DNA of 59,477 nt, the filler included, from Squatina squatina (lineage: Eukaryota): assembly GCA_031763465.1 (NCBI GenBank). It is 3 parts of 3 records of this genome, joined end to end, with 100 filler letters (N's around TTAATTAATTAA, not from the genome) between each part and the next. Parts side by side here need not be neighbours in the genome. Positions count along the whole stretch, not along the records: positions 1 to 18,261 come from JARFOE010000100.1; 2 more parts are not named here. One strand, written 5' to 3'. This document shows positions 1-10,666 of the stretch, one piece after another; within the stretch, counting starts at the first letter, position 1, and each line of letters begins with the position of its first letter. The notes under the pieces were generated by a model. That model did no database searches, was not told the DNA's origin, and saw only the letters and a list, made by a program, of their open reading frames with translations. A program made the position numbers and the translations under genes.

Positions 1-2910
1 ACCGCAATGCTTAAACATCTACAGGGAAAATAAATCCATAAGCCTTGAAGTTACACTGTTTGATATTAACATACGACAGCTTATTGTGCTTATATGAAAT
101 TCCTTGGTTTGATGTTTTAATGGAGGTTTTGACCCGTTTACCTCCATTAAGATAGCGCTCAAATGAATTTACTCTTGTGATAGATGTTCAAGCATTACTA
201 TATGGTATTGTAATATAAAGGCCATAGTTTTGCAGTGCAAATTCGCTTAATAAAATCAGATTGCTTCAAACCAGCCTTCTCCAAATAAATCAGGAAATGG
301 GAACTCAGAAGCATTTGTAGATCAGCTTTTGTAAAACATGATAAATAATTTTTTGTCACACTACTGCAAGTTGGCCTTCTAACAAAACTGAAAGAGAAAC
401 AAAATGATTATTTAAACACTTGAGATCCAGAATTCCCCTTTTGATGAAAAGCAGGAGAAAAGGCTGTGTTCTTGTTAATGCTGACTTGTTAGCGTTTTCA
501 GTAATTATACATTTTGAAACTACATTCCTGTAATTTCATTAGTGAATTGTTAATAGTGAAGTAAAACATGCATTTTCCCATTTTTCATCAGAGGAGGAAT
601 TTCATTCTTCTAACGTACACGAGACAATAGTTAGCAACAGCACATGCCTCTGTGTCCTACATGTTAGTATGTTTGCTGTCAGAACAGCATAGGATTTTTG
701 CATTGAGATGAGTAAAGCTGTGGGTGAGGCCTATAACTGGAACGGCTGTGTATTTTGTTTGCGGATGTGACTATCTTTACTGGTCTGGAGCATGCTGATA
801 AGATGCTCCTTTTTCACGCTGCAATCTTTAGACTGAAAGGCCTGAATAGTCTGACAGAACCAGGAAAACAAACAGGCTTTCAGTACTCAAATGACAAGGG
901 AAGCAGTCAATGTGTGGGCACTACACTGACATGAAACCCAGGGCATGCATTGGCATTTCACTCAAAGGTTCCTTTTGTCTACATTCAAACCTGAGGGTGA
1001 ATTGGTTCATACATAGGATTTGTTACACCATTGGGCAACCAGTTGATTCATTTTGACTCTTCATAATGAAACCAAAATTACAGCTTTAGCCCATTATGTC
1101 ATCTGCACTCTGCATTTTAAATTACTTTAGTGCTATTCAATGCATAAAATACATTGTCAATGCTATGAACAGTGCAATTTTCTATTCCATTACTTTATAT
1201 TGTTTGGTGGGTAAACATATATAAAAATGAATTAATCAGAATTGTGATAGGGTGTTATGGAAAAGTTACCAGCATTTGATTGACCAAACAAATTCCCTCA
1301 TTGCTAAAAGATACAACTATTTCTGAACTTGTCTGCACTTGTGCTTGTTGCGCTCTCAAATAATTTAATGAATCCTTGTCCATTTGATGTTCTGCATGAG
1401 TAATAGTTAATGTAAAAGAGGCATTTAACTCTTGAGCAATTTCAAAAATACAAATTGGGATTTGTTAAAACAAATTCTGTTTAATTTGTTTTGGGAAATT
1501 TTAAGTTTTTTGAAATATCGGAATGGGCTTTGTGCATGTTTGTGCTAAATCTGCCAAGTAGTTTACTTCACTGTAAACCAGCTGCAGTTTGGTGCTAACC
1601 TTCCAGTGTGTTTTTACATGAGCTAAATCTGCATTTCAACCAACTGAGCGGATAGCAGGACCAGTGAGGAATTTAGCAGTGTGACTAGATGTTTGGTCTA
1701 ACAAGGAACTAATGTGTCAGAAAGCCCATGTTTTCTTATGGAATTGAAAGNNNNNNNNNNNNNNNNNNNNNNNNNNNNNNNNNNNNNNNNNNNNNNNNNN
1801 NNNNNNNNNNNNNNNNNNNNNNNNNNNNNNNNNNNNNNNNNNNNNNNNNNATCATGGCTGTTAGTATTTGTTTTTGTGGCAGCCAATTATTTCTTTGAAT
1901 GTGGACACTGTTCAGAAATAAATGGTGTTGAAATTTTGTAGATGTTGTAGAATAAGTTACCCTCACCTTAGTTTTTCAGACATCTTTTCTGCTGTTTATT
2001 GAGGCCTACATTTCCAGATTGATCAGTTCTGTTTTCTTGATATGAAGAAATCCTGCTAGGGAGAAATACTTCCTACTCCGATGATGCACAGTTTTGTATC
2101 TAAAAGTCATGGCTGATCTTCTTTCTACCTTTTGCATGGTTCATCCCCAATATGCTTTGCACAGCTACTTTTAAAAATATTCCAATGTACTCATGCAGCA
2201 AGAATTGTGGAATGCTGCTGGGAGTTGTTAATCTGAGCTATTATAACTATAAGCAATACAATTATTTTGAGTGATGAGGGTGACTGGGTTAGTCTGTCCT
2301 TCCAATAATGTTTCCTTATTCTCGCCGCATGAGCAGGAGGAAGCCCAGGACAGGGCATTCGAGTATATCAGTTGGATGGGAGGGGCAACTTTGGCAGGAC
2401 TGAGGGGACAGCAAGGGAGTGACAGGAGACATGCTGAGAGAAGTTAGCATTGTGTTCATATTTTCTAGTACAAAAGCATGTTATGGCTTACTATCTTTTT
2501 TAGCTTGGTAATTAAATTGAGAACAGTGGCTATGAAGAGAATTGGAAAGCAGTAATACAATCGAGCAATTAAGTAAATATTGTAATTGGTGCGAATGAAG
2601 TTTAAGACATTTATAATCATCATCTGAACCCAAAACCAGATTATAGGCTTACATTGGTCTTTGCTTTTATTTACAATATACACTTTCAATTTTTGTGCCA
2701 GCAGCAGCGAGTACACACAACAGTGGGTCTGTGTTTTTGATATGTTGTGTCATTCATGCATGCAACGTTATCATGGAAGGATTATTAAGAAACACCCGCT
2801 ATGTCCAGCATGTATTACAAGTATGCAATTTGCCTGTTAGGTTTAATAAATAACCTGGGAATAAAGTTCAATGCATTAAAATGAAGTACATATTCTCTTT
2901 TTTTTTACAG

Positions 2911-3086
2911 CAACCCTGTGCACCCACCTCCCACCCAATGGCCCCACCCAGTCCCCTCACCAACAGTAACAACAACAGTAGTGGCAGCAATAATGCAGGA
3001 TGGGAACAGCTCAGTAAGACAAACCTTTACATCAGAGGACTGCCACCATGCACCACTGACCAAGATCTGGTGAAACTCTGCCAGCC
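2911..3086 (+). CDS. RBMS1: RBMS1 internal exon (exon 2-like; N-terminal region and start of RRM1)
   Basis: Acceptor ttttttacag|CAA and donor CAGCC|gtaag; 176 bp. Encodes [59 protein letters not shown], matching RBMS1 (HPMAPPSP...[17 protein letters not shown]). The neighbouring ITGB6 supports RBMS1 over RBMS2/3. Confidence 0.93.
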
Positions 3087-3427
3087 GTAAGNNNNNNNNN
3101 NNNNNNNNNNNNNNNNNNNNNNNNNNNNNNNNNNNNNNNNNNNNNNNNNNNNNNNNNNNNNNNNNNNNNNNNNNNNNNNNNNNNNNNNNNNTTGTGTAAC
3201 ACTGAACAAAGCCAGAATCCATTCATCAAGGTTATCTCATAACTATTTCCTTTTCTGTTAAAGCATAATTTTTTTTGACATGCTTGCCGGAGAACACTGT
3301 CAATAGCAAAGGGTGCAGACATTAAATGAACGTTGAAGAAGCCATAATGTAAATGTTTCATTTATTTTTAATGAACTTGTTTGGCTTTGGTTAAGTAGTA
3401 ATTGTGCTCTTTGATGTTGCATTTCAG

Positions 3428-3519
3428 GTTATGGCTTTGTGGATTTTGACAGTCCAGCTGCTGCTCAGAAGGCAGTTGCTGCCTTAAAGGGCAATGGTGT
3501 CCAAGCTCAGATGGCAAAG
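3428..3519 (+). CDS. RBMS1: RBMS1 exon (RRM1 RNP1 and C-terminal half)
   Basis: atttcag|GT TAT GGC...ATG GCA AAG|gtaaag; 92 bp; (G)[30 protein letters not shown]. Not in the ORF track. Confidence 0.93.
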
Positions 3520-5111
3520 GTAAAGACTTAGGAATTAAAATTTATTTTCTGGCTGCAGATTGCTAAAATTAAGAAAATGCTAATCCTTTTATTTTCACCA
3601 GCATTTGTGCCTTATTTAAATTGCTAATATTTTGTGTTTGAAATGTATAATCTGTTGAAAGGTTCAAAAACAGGTGAATACACAGTTTCTTAATTGAAGT
3701 AATTCTAAATGACAACAATATGGAAAAAAATAATGGTTTCTTACGTTTAAAAAAAAAATCGTAACACACTTGAATTATACATGGCTCATTCGTTCTTCTA
3801 TGCATTACTCCAAATAGCAACAAGCTCAAAAAGTCTGTTCAAATTGTAATGCCTGTTGCTTCTGTAATGTTTTCTGAGTGCTTAGTGTACGCGTTAAAAG
3901 TTGAGGCGGAACTCTTTGTGGTGGGCAGACTGTGTTTACCTACTTGATATAGGGAAAGACTGGGTAATCTTAGCTCCTGTCCTTTGGCTGTTGGTTGCCT
4001 CCAAGCAGTGTGCGTACTTCTCCTGTACGGGAGTATCCGAGAGACCTAAACAGGACAACATTCCTTTTTTGAAACTCCTGAAGAGGTACCTCCAATGCAA
4101 TATCTAGAAAGAGAGGTGCTCTGTGACATTTTCCAGCTATTTGTGTTTTTGTTACTTTTATATATTTCAAGTTTCAGTGCAAAACTTGGCCATTGAAATG
4201 CTACATCTGTGACACTGAAGTGAAAATTGAACATGTACAAGGCTTGCTGGATTTGATGATTTGAAAGAAAACTATTTGGATACACAAAATCATTGCAAAA
4301 GCAGTGCTACGCTTTAGCAAGCGTTCTTCATCTGGATCAATAACATGCTGATAGGCTTGTTCTGAACACATTTTAAAGTAATTCCTGTAGTGTAAATCCT
4401 ACTTCTTCAATGAAATACACCATACAATTATTTTTTGTCAATTTAAAATGAATGGCTCAATTGGAATTTTGTCTGAATTAACTGTACTGATTTCCTATTC
4501 TTTGACTTATTTATTGGGAAAAGTCAGAATGTCCAGCTGATGTGAGGGTTCTCACAGTGGAGAAAATAATAAACTCATTCCGCATACCTGGTCCAGACTT
4601 AAATCAAAAGCCTTACTTTATTAGCAGTTATCGGAATTGTATGCTAACAGCATTCTCCCAAAATAATTTCACTCCATTAACCATTTTAAATAAAGGATAC
4701 ATCTTGGCGAAAAGTTTAAGGCAGACAGATGAGGTTATCTTAAAGTGACTAGAAGATAGCACCTACCTAAAACTGCCATTAGGTATGATAGAACAGGAGT
4801 TTGTTATATCTAGTGCTCCTTCCAGTGGGCGCTGACTGACTCTCTGTCCTTGATGAGCACCTCTCCTTTCTTAGCTCTCAGTGGGGTAGGTCCTTGGGCC
4901 ATAGATGGTCTTGACTGCACTGAAGAATCCATACACGTCATGGACATCAGCTAGTTGCTGGACCTCCTGTGCTCTNNNNNNNNNNNNNNNNNNNNNNNNN
5001 NNNNNNNNNNNNNNNNNNNNNNNNNNNNNNNNNNNNNNNNNNNNNNNNNNNNNNNNNNNNNNNNNNNNNNNNNNNATATAACTTTTTTAAACAAATTTTC
5101 TCTCTCTACAG

Positions 5112-5227
5112 CTCCCATAGAACCTTTGCTATGCAAGTTTGCAGATGGTGGTCAGAAAAAGCGACAAAATCAGAACAAATATGTGCAGAATGGTCGAGCG
5201 TGGCATCGAGAGAGCGAGGTGAGACTT
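5112..5227 (+). CDS. RBMS1: RBMS1 exon (end of RRM2) with two tandem 5' splice sites (exon ends 5218 or 5227)
   Basis: tctctacag|CT CCC ATA GAA; (A)[35 protein letters not shown](VRL). Donors GAG|gtgaga at 5219 and CTT|gtaagt at 5228. Confidence 0.92.
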
Positions 5228-5729
5228 GTAAGTCTTTCGATGAACTTGAAGTATCCATGTGGAAATAATATTTTAAGCAAATAGTCAAACTGTAGAGTTT
5301 AGTGTGGTGTGTGCATATTGTTCAAAGAAAATATTGTCACAATTGTTTCCCGCATGGTTCAGTGGCTCATCAGTCATGTCATGGTGACAATAGTCCACCA
5401 ATAAACAACAGCACTACTTAGATCGTAGGCCCTTTTCAATCATATTTCATTCAACACTGTCCTGTCCAAGATATGCATGGCTTTGTTCATTCATATGCGC
5501 ACAAGTTCTGCTTGCCATTTTCAAATAATATTTTCTTTTAGATAAATAATATTCAACACCACAAAAAATAAACAAATAGGCATTTACTGTTGCTTTCCTT
5601 TGCCCTTCACAGTTTGTCTGGATAATGCATAATCCTAAAATACAATGCTATCAATATATAGGAACCCAACAGAAATTGGAAGCTAATATGAGCTGATGGA
5701 ATACGCTAGTGCTAATAACATCAAAACTG

Positions 5730-6135
5730 TGTTCCACCATTCAATTGGATCATGTCTGCTCTATATCTTAACTCCATTTATCCACCTTGGCTCCGTAACC
5801 CTTATTATCCTTGTCAAACAAAAGCTATCAATCTCAGATTAGAAATTTTTAATTGACCTAGCCTCAACAGCTTTTTGGGGTAGCAAGTTCCAGATTTCCA
5901 TTGCCCTTTATGTGAAGAAGTTTTTGCTGACATCACTCTTGAAGGCCTATCTCTAATTATGCCCCCTTGTTCTGGACTCCTCTACCAGAGGAGATAGTTT
6001 CTCTCTCTCAATACTATCAATTTGTTTAATAATCTTAATCAATTAGATCAACTCTTAATCTTCTATTCTTCAGGGAGCACAAGTGTAGTATATGTAGCCT
6101 GTCCTCATAATTTAACCCTTTTAGCCTTGGTATCA
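5730..6135 (-). mobile_element. CR1-type LINE 3' end fragment
   Basis: Reverse complement resembles the CR1 3' ends elsewhere in the window (e.g. 46820-47220, 55345-55605). Boundaries approximate. Confidence 0.7.
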
Positions 6136-7495
6136 CTCACTAAATCCAATAAAAAAGCCATTGACGATGATAAAACATATTTTCACTCCTTTTATTATCA
6201 ATGTTGAGCCATCTGACTACAAAATTGTAATCAGCCTAAAAGTACTTCTTGTTTCGAGTGGGGTACGACACTTGCAGGGAGTGCATATTGGGAAATCACA
6301 GGCGTGTAGTTTCCGGAAGATGGTTTTAACACAGTTAATCATTATTAATTGCTGATATTGTGCATTAGAACTAAATAGTAATGACAACTATTATTTTTGA
6401 TTCTTCCTCAGTAGTTTCACTGTGACTAGTTTTACTTGGTGCCTTTAAAGGGGAAGTATATTTTACTGAACTTCCTGATAATCCAAAATACGAACAAATG
6501 AAGATACCTGCAATGTCANNNNNNNNNNNNNNNNNNNNNNNNNNNNNNNNNNNNNNNNNNNNNNNNNNNNNNNNNNNNNNNNNNNNNNNNNNNNNNNNNN
6601 NNNNNNNNNNNNNNNNNNTATTTAAATTTTGTACAGTTTATAATTGCTCATAAGATACAGCGCTATTTCACTTCCAAAAAAATCTTAGGTTTATATAACT
6701 AAGTTAGTACAGCATGCCTGCAAATGCCATGTAAAAGAAACACATTTATGTCTGATGCCTGCGGAATCTTTAGGTGGGACATGCTAAACTTAACAGAAGT
6801 TTTGCACAATACTAAAGAGGATACTTGGCTATTCTGGGAATCTAGGTTCATCACTAGAAGTACTTGTACAATTTCAAGATGGGTGTATACTTTATACTTT
6901 CATAAAGGGATGACTGTATAAAATTATTCATTGTATATAATGGAAATTCAGAATTGCTGGTAGCGCATACAGCAGCAACCATCAGAGAATATCAGATGGC
7001 AAATTCTTTCCTCCTCTCCATCTGTTGGCCCCTTTTGTGTTAATTTAGCATCTTGCATATCGTTACTTAAACTGCCTATTTCCAGTAACCCAATTTCTTC
7101 CTTTCCTCTATGCTTTTTGAAAATCTTGCTTAGCCTTGTCTCTCTTCACTCACATCATGCAGTTATTCATTCAAAGAAAGATAACTTTGGACAATTACTG
7201 TTGAAGAATATATGCTGAATGTATTGCAGAACAAAAATAGACATGCATAGTTTATCAGATGTAAAAGGTTTTAGAAGTTCTGTTTGTAAAGTAATTTACA
7301 AACATAAAAATAAAAATGTTTTGTCAGTTTAAAAAATATTGTGACAATATTAGAATTGTTACAAAATTTAATTAAATTTCAAGTTTCATTATTTAATTTA
7401 TTAGTGTATTCAGGTGTGCTAGATTACTACAGCAGCGAGGTATTGAGCATCAAAGACTGTGAATGTTGATTTTTTTTAAAACTTTATTTTAAAAG

Positions 7496-7576
7496 TACAT
7501 GCCTGCTGCTACAGCTATGCAGGGAACATATATCCCCCAGTACACACATGTGCCAACAGCTGCTGTTCAAGTGGAG
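7496..7576 (+). CDS. RBMS1: RBMS1 penultimate coding exon
   Basis: ttttaaaag|TAC ATG...GTG GAG|gtgagt; 81 bp; YMPAATAMQGTYIPQYTHVPTAAVQVE (human, recalled: [27 protein letters not shown]). Confidence 0.9.
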
Positions 7577-8289
7577 GTGAGTGTGCGCGTGGATAATATA
7601 TCCATCAATTATAAGCAGTTATTGAACGATTAATTTTGTTCTTAACATTATTTATTGAGTCCTCAATGAAGTACATTCAGATCTTTGAATACCTCAAAAT
7701 AACAAATTACTATTTCCACACTCAATAGAAGTCAGTAAAAATATTTTCAAGTAGAGTGATGTAACTATTGTAATCTAAATAAAGTATTGNNNNNNNNNNN
7801 NNNNNNNNNNNNNNTATTTTCAACTGCATAAAGTGAAATATATATATATCATCTAGCCATCGAATATGCAATAAAAGAACTTGTATAGGAAAGTCGATTC
7901 TGATTTTTAGGTTAAGTATATATGTGCATAATTATATTTTAATGTAATACTTCACAATTAATGTTTTTTGCATTCATGTCTCAACATAATAGCTGATGAA
8001 AATGGCAGACATATTTAACACACCTAGAATCTGCCCATTTAAAAAAGCATGTTTTACAGAATGCTATAATTTGAAAATTATCTTGTCTATATTGCCTTTT
8101 TGATATTATTATCTCAGCAGTAAAATGGTCACATGTCTGTGATTAGTGCAGTTAAATGTTAATAAATCCTGGCTATTAATCTATAATTGTGAGAAGCTGC
8201 AAGTGACTTCATGAGGACACATGACTTCGCTGCAGTGATGTTCTTATGATTTCAGCATGTACCTTATTGATTGTATTTCATCATCACAG

Positions 8290-8370
8290 GAGCCCAGTGG
8301 TCAGCAGCAGCAAGTTTCTGTGGAGACATCAACTGAACACTCTCCCTACTCCTATCAGCAAAGCAAGTAA
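8290..8370 (+). CDS. RBMS1: RBMS1 last coding exon (stop TAA 8368-8370; exon continues to a donor at 8378)
   Basis: catcacag|GAG CCC AGT GGT; EPSGQQQQVSVETSTEHSPYSYQQSK* (human, recalled: [25 protein letters not shown]); then ttctcag|gtagct. Confidence 0.9.
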   Translation, partial: EPSGQQQQVSVETSTEHSPYSYQQSK

Positions 8371-8577
8371 TTCTCAGGTAGCTGTTAATTACTGCATGTG
8401 TTGATGATTTATTTATAGCTGCATTATCCCTTTGGTGAAGATATTTAGGTCAAATTGACAAAAATGACAGCAACCAGCTGTCTATGCACTAAAACTATTT
8501 TAAAAGCAGAATCATCTTACACAGAGACTTTAAGTAGCACTTTCATAATATGCTCAGTTACTAGACAGAAAAGATAA

Positions 8578-9341
8578 TAGGCGCCCAATTGGTCCTCCAG
8601 CGCTAGTGCTAAATGGGCGTAGAACGGGCGTTCGGGCTCTAACGCCCATTTTCAGCGCTAAATGTAAAGATGCAAAATTGGTCTCTGTTTAACACCGGCG
8701 CTAATGCGGGAGCGCTGAAAATGTGGCGCTGGGCGTAAAATGGCCTCCGTGACGTCATCAGAGGGCACAGCGCCCAAAATGGCCGCCCGACATTAGATTG
8801 GTCTCTGTTTTTGTGGCGTTAACCTGGTGGTGACAGCGCCCTGTTTTTTGGGCGGTGACACCTGTGATGAACGTAATTTTGAGCGCTGTGAGCTACAGCC
8901 ATTTTGTTCTCACAAATAATTCCGTTTTTGTTGCAAGTGCTTTGTTGCCGTTGCCATAGCTTCAGACCCTTTCTTAGATACTTTCTTGCCTGCTTCTGAG
9001 AGGTCATAAGTTTTTTGGCAATCACTGAAATCGATCATGGGGGCTGTTCTGGCAGTGGATTGGGAACTGCACCGTCACCACATGCGGTACCTGAGGTACA
9101 GGGATCAACTGCTCCTTCAAAAGAGAGCAGAGAGGTGACCTAAACGATGCTAGGGAGGAGCCCACACCAGCTGTTCCTAATGACCAGGCCCAGCAACCCC
9201 CTGACTTGCCACAACCAGCTCAACCAGCTGTTGCACTGCCAGCACCACCACAGCTTCCTCCAAGAGGGTGAGAGGAAGGGGACATAGAAGGAGGTATGCC
9301 CACCGAGTCTTCAGATGCCAGTTCAACTACCTCCAGATGAT
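8578..9341 (+). mobile_element. PIF/Harbinger-like DNA transposon 5' part with decayed transposase N-terminus
   Basis: Abrupt GC/CpG-rich block with repeated attggtc(t)ct motifs (about 8587, 8677, 8797). ATG at 9037 (MGAVLAVDWELHRHH) and RGRGHRRRYAHRVFRCQFNYLQM at 9268-9339 resemble the RRxY..RV(Y/F)R...YL.(L/M) N-terminus of Harbinger/HARBI1-like transposases. Stops and frameshifts are present; the element runs into a gap. Confidence 0.6.
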
Positions 9342-9674
9342 NNNNNNNNNNNNNNNNNNNNNNNNNNNNNNNNNNNNNNNNNNNNNNNNNNNNNNNNNNN
9401 NNNNNNNNNNNNNNNNNNNNNNNNNNNNNNNNNNNNNNNNNNNNNNNNNNNNNNNNNNNNNNNNNNNNNNNNNNNNNNNNNNNNNNNNNNNNNNNNNNNN
9501 NNNNNNNNNNNNNNNNNNNNNNNNNNNNNNNNNNNNNNNNNNNNNNNNNNNNNNNNNNNNNNNNNNNNNNNNNNNNNNNNNNNNNNNNNNNNNNNNNNNN
9601 NNNNNNNNNNNNNNNNNNNNNNNNNNNNNNNNNNNNNNNNNNNNNNNNNNNNNNNNNNNNNNNNNNNNNNNNNN

Positions 9675-9834
9675 CTGATCATTTATCTCATTGCTGTTTG
9701 TGGGACCTTGCTGTGCACATATTACCTACATACCAACAGTAACTACACTTCATAAAGTAAATTGATGGTTGTGAAATGGCTTGGGATGTCCTGAGAATGT
9801 GAAAGATGCTTTACAAATGCAAGCTCTTTCTTTT
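9675..9834 (+). mobile_element. DeuSINE (SacSINE1-like) 3' half
   Basis: ttatctcattgctgtttgtgggaccttgctgtg...gggatgtcctgagaatgtgaaagatgct...aaatgcaag tail shared with the other copies. Confidence 0.7.
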
Positions 9835-10240
9835 ATATATAGTAGTGATTTGTAATTGGCTGTATCTATTACATCATTTCTTATGGTGCTTCAATTTCAG
9901 CCTCATAACTATTATAAAATCATGGTTCACACTAACTAATTTTGAAGTAGACAGAGATTGTAAGGAAACATTGAGGTAGAAATTCAATTGAACTCAATTT
10001 TAAGCCTAGCCTTGACACTGAGCAGGCATAGTGCACCCTAACCAAGCAGAGCAAGGCCGGCCCATGAAATTGGGCTTCAGGCCTCAGTTGCATAATTTGG
10101 ATGAACCTTTGGTATCTCGATACGATCCCTGTCCAAACTTGGTAGAACACAGGTCTCTCTCTCTCTGATGGGTGCAAGGCTGTTGTGTGGCTTGAATTTG
10201 GATAGTCTCAATGAGGCCACAATGCAAGGAGGGGAATGTT

Positions 10241-10517
10241 CAGCCATGGCTGAGTGATGAACTCTCTCGCCTCTGAGTAATAAAGCCATAGGTTCTAGCC
10301 CTACTCCAGCATATGATAACATATTCTGGGCAGATATTATTGCTGGAATGCTGCATTGTTGGAGGTCAATTATCTCATTGATGTTTGTAGGAGCTTACTG
10401 TGCATATTTTGGTGACTGCAGTTGCCCATGTTACAAAAATAATTAATTGGCTGTGAAGTGCCTTGAGATATCCTAAGGATCTGAAAGGTGCTATATAAAA
10501 TGCAAGTTTTTCTTTCT
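10241..10517 (+). mobile_element. DeuSINE (SacSINE1-like), internally deleted
   Basis: tRNA-like head (ctcgcctctgagt...ggttctagccc), then gctgcattgttggaggt joined directly to the 3' half, ending in the aaaggtgctatataaaatgcaag tail. Confidence 0.7.
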
Positions 10518-10666
10518 GCCTTCAGTTAGTGTGAGTGTACATGTTCTTTTCTCCACTCTGGTAAGTGGACCAGCCAAGAAAAGGAGGGTTTTTTTAGACT
10601 GATGAGCATCACAAATGAAAATGTCCTCATTAGTAAAACCTTGTCTTCCTCATTTTTCCATTTCAG

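Noticed and set aside
9268-9755. ORFs reading through N runs (here and throughout the ORF track)
   Set aside because: Their length comes from unknown bases, not from coding signal.
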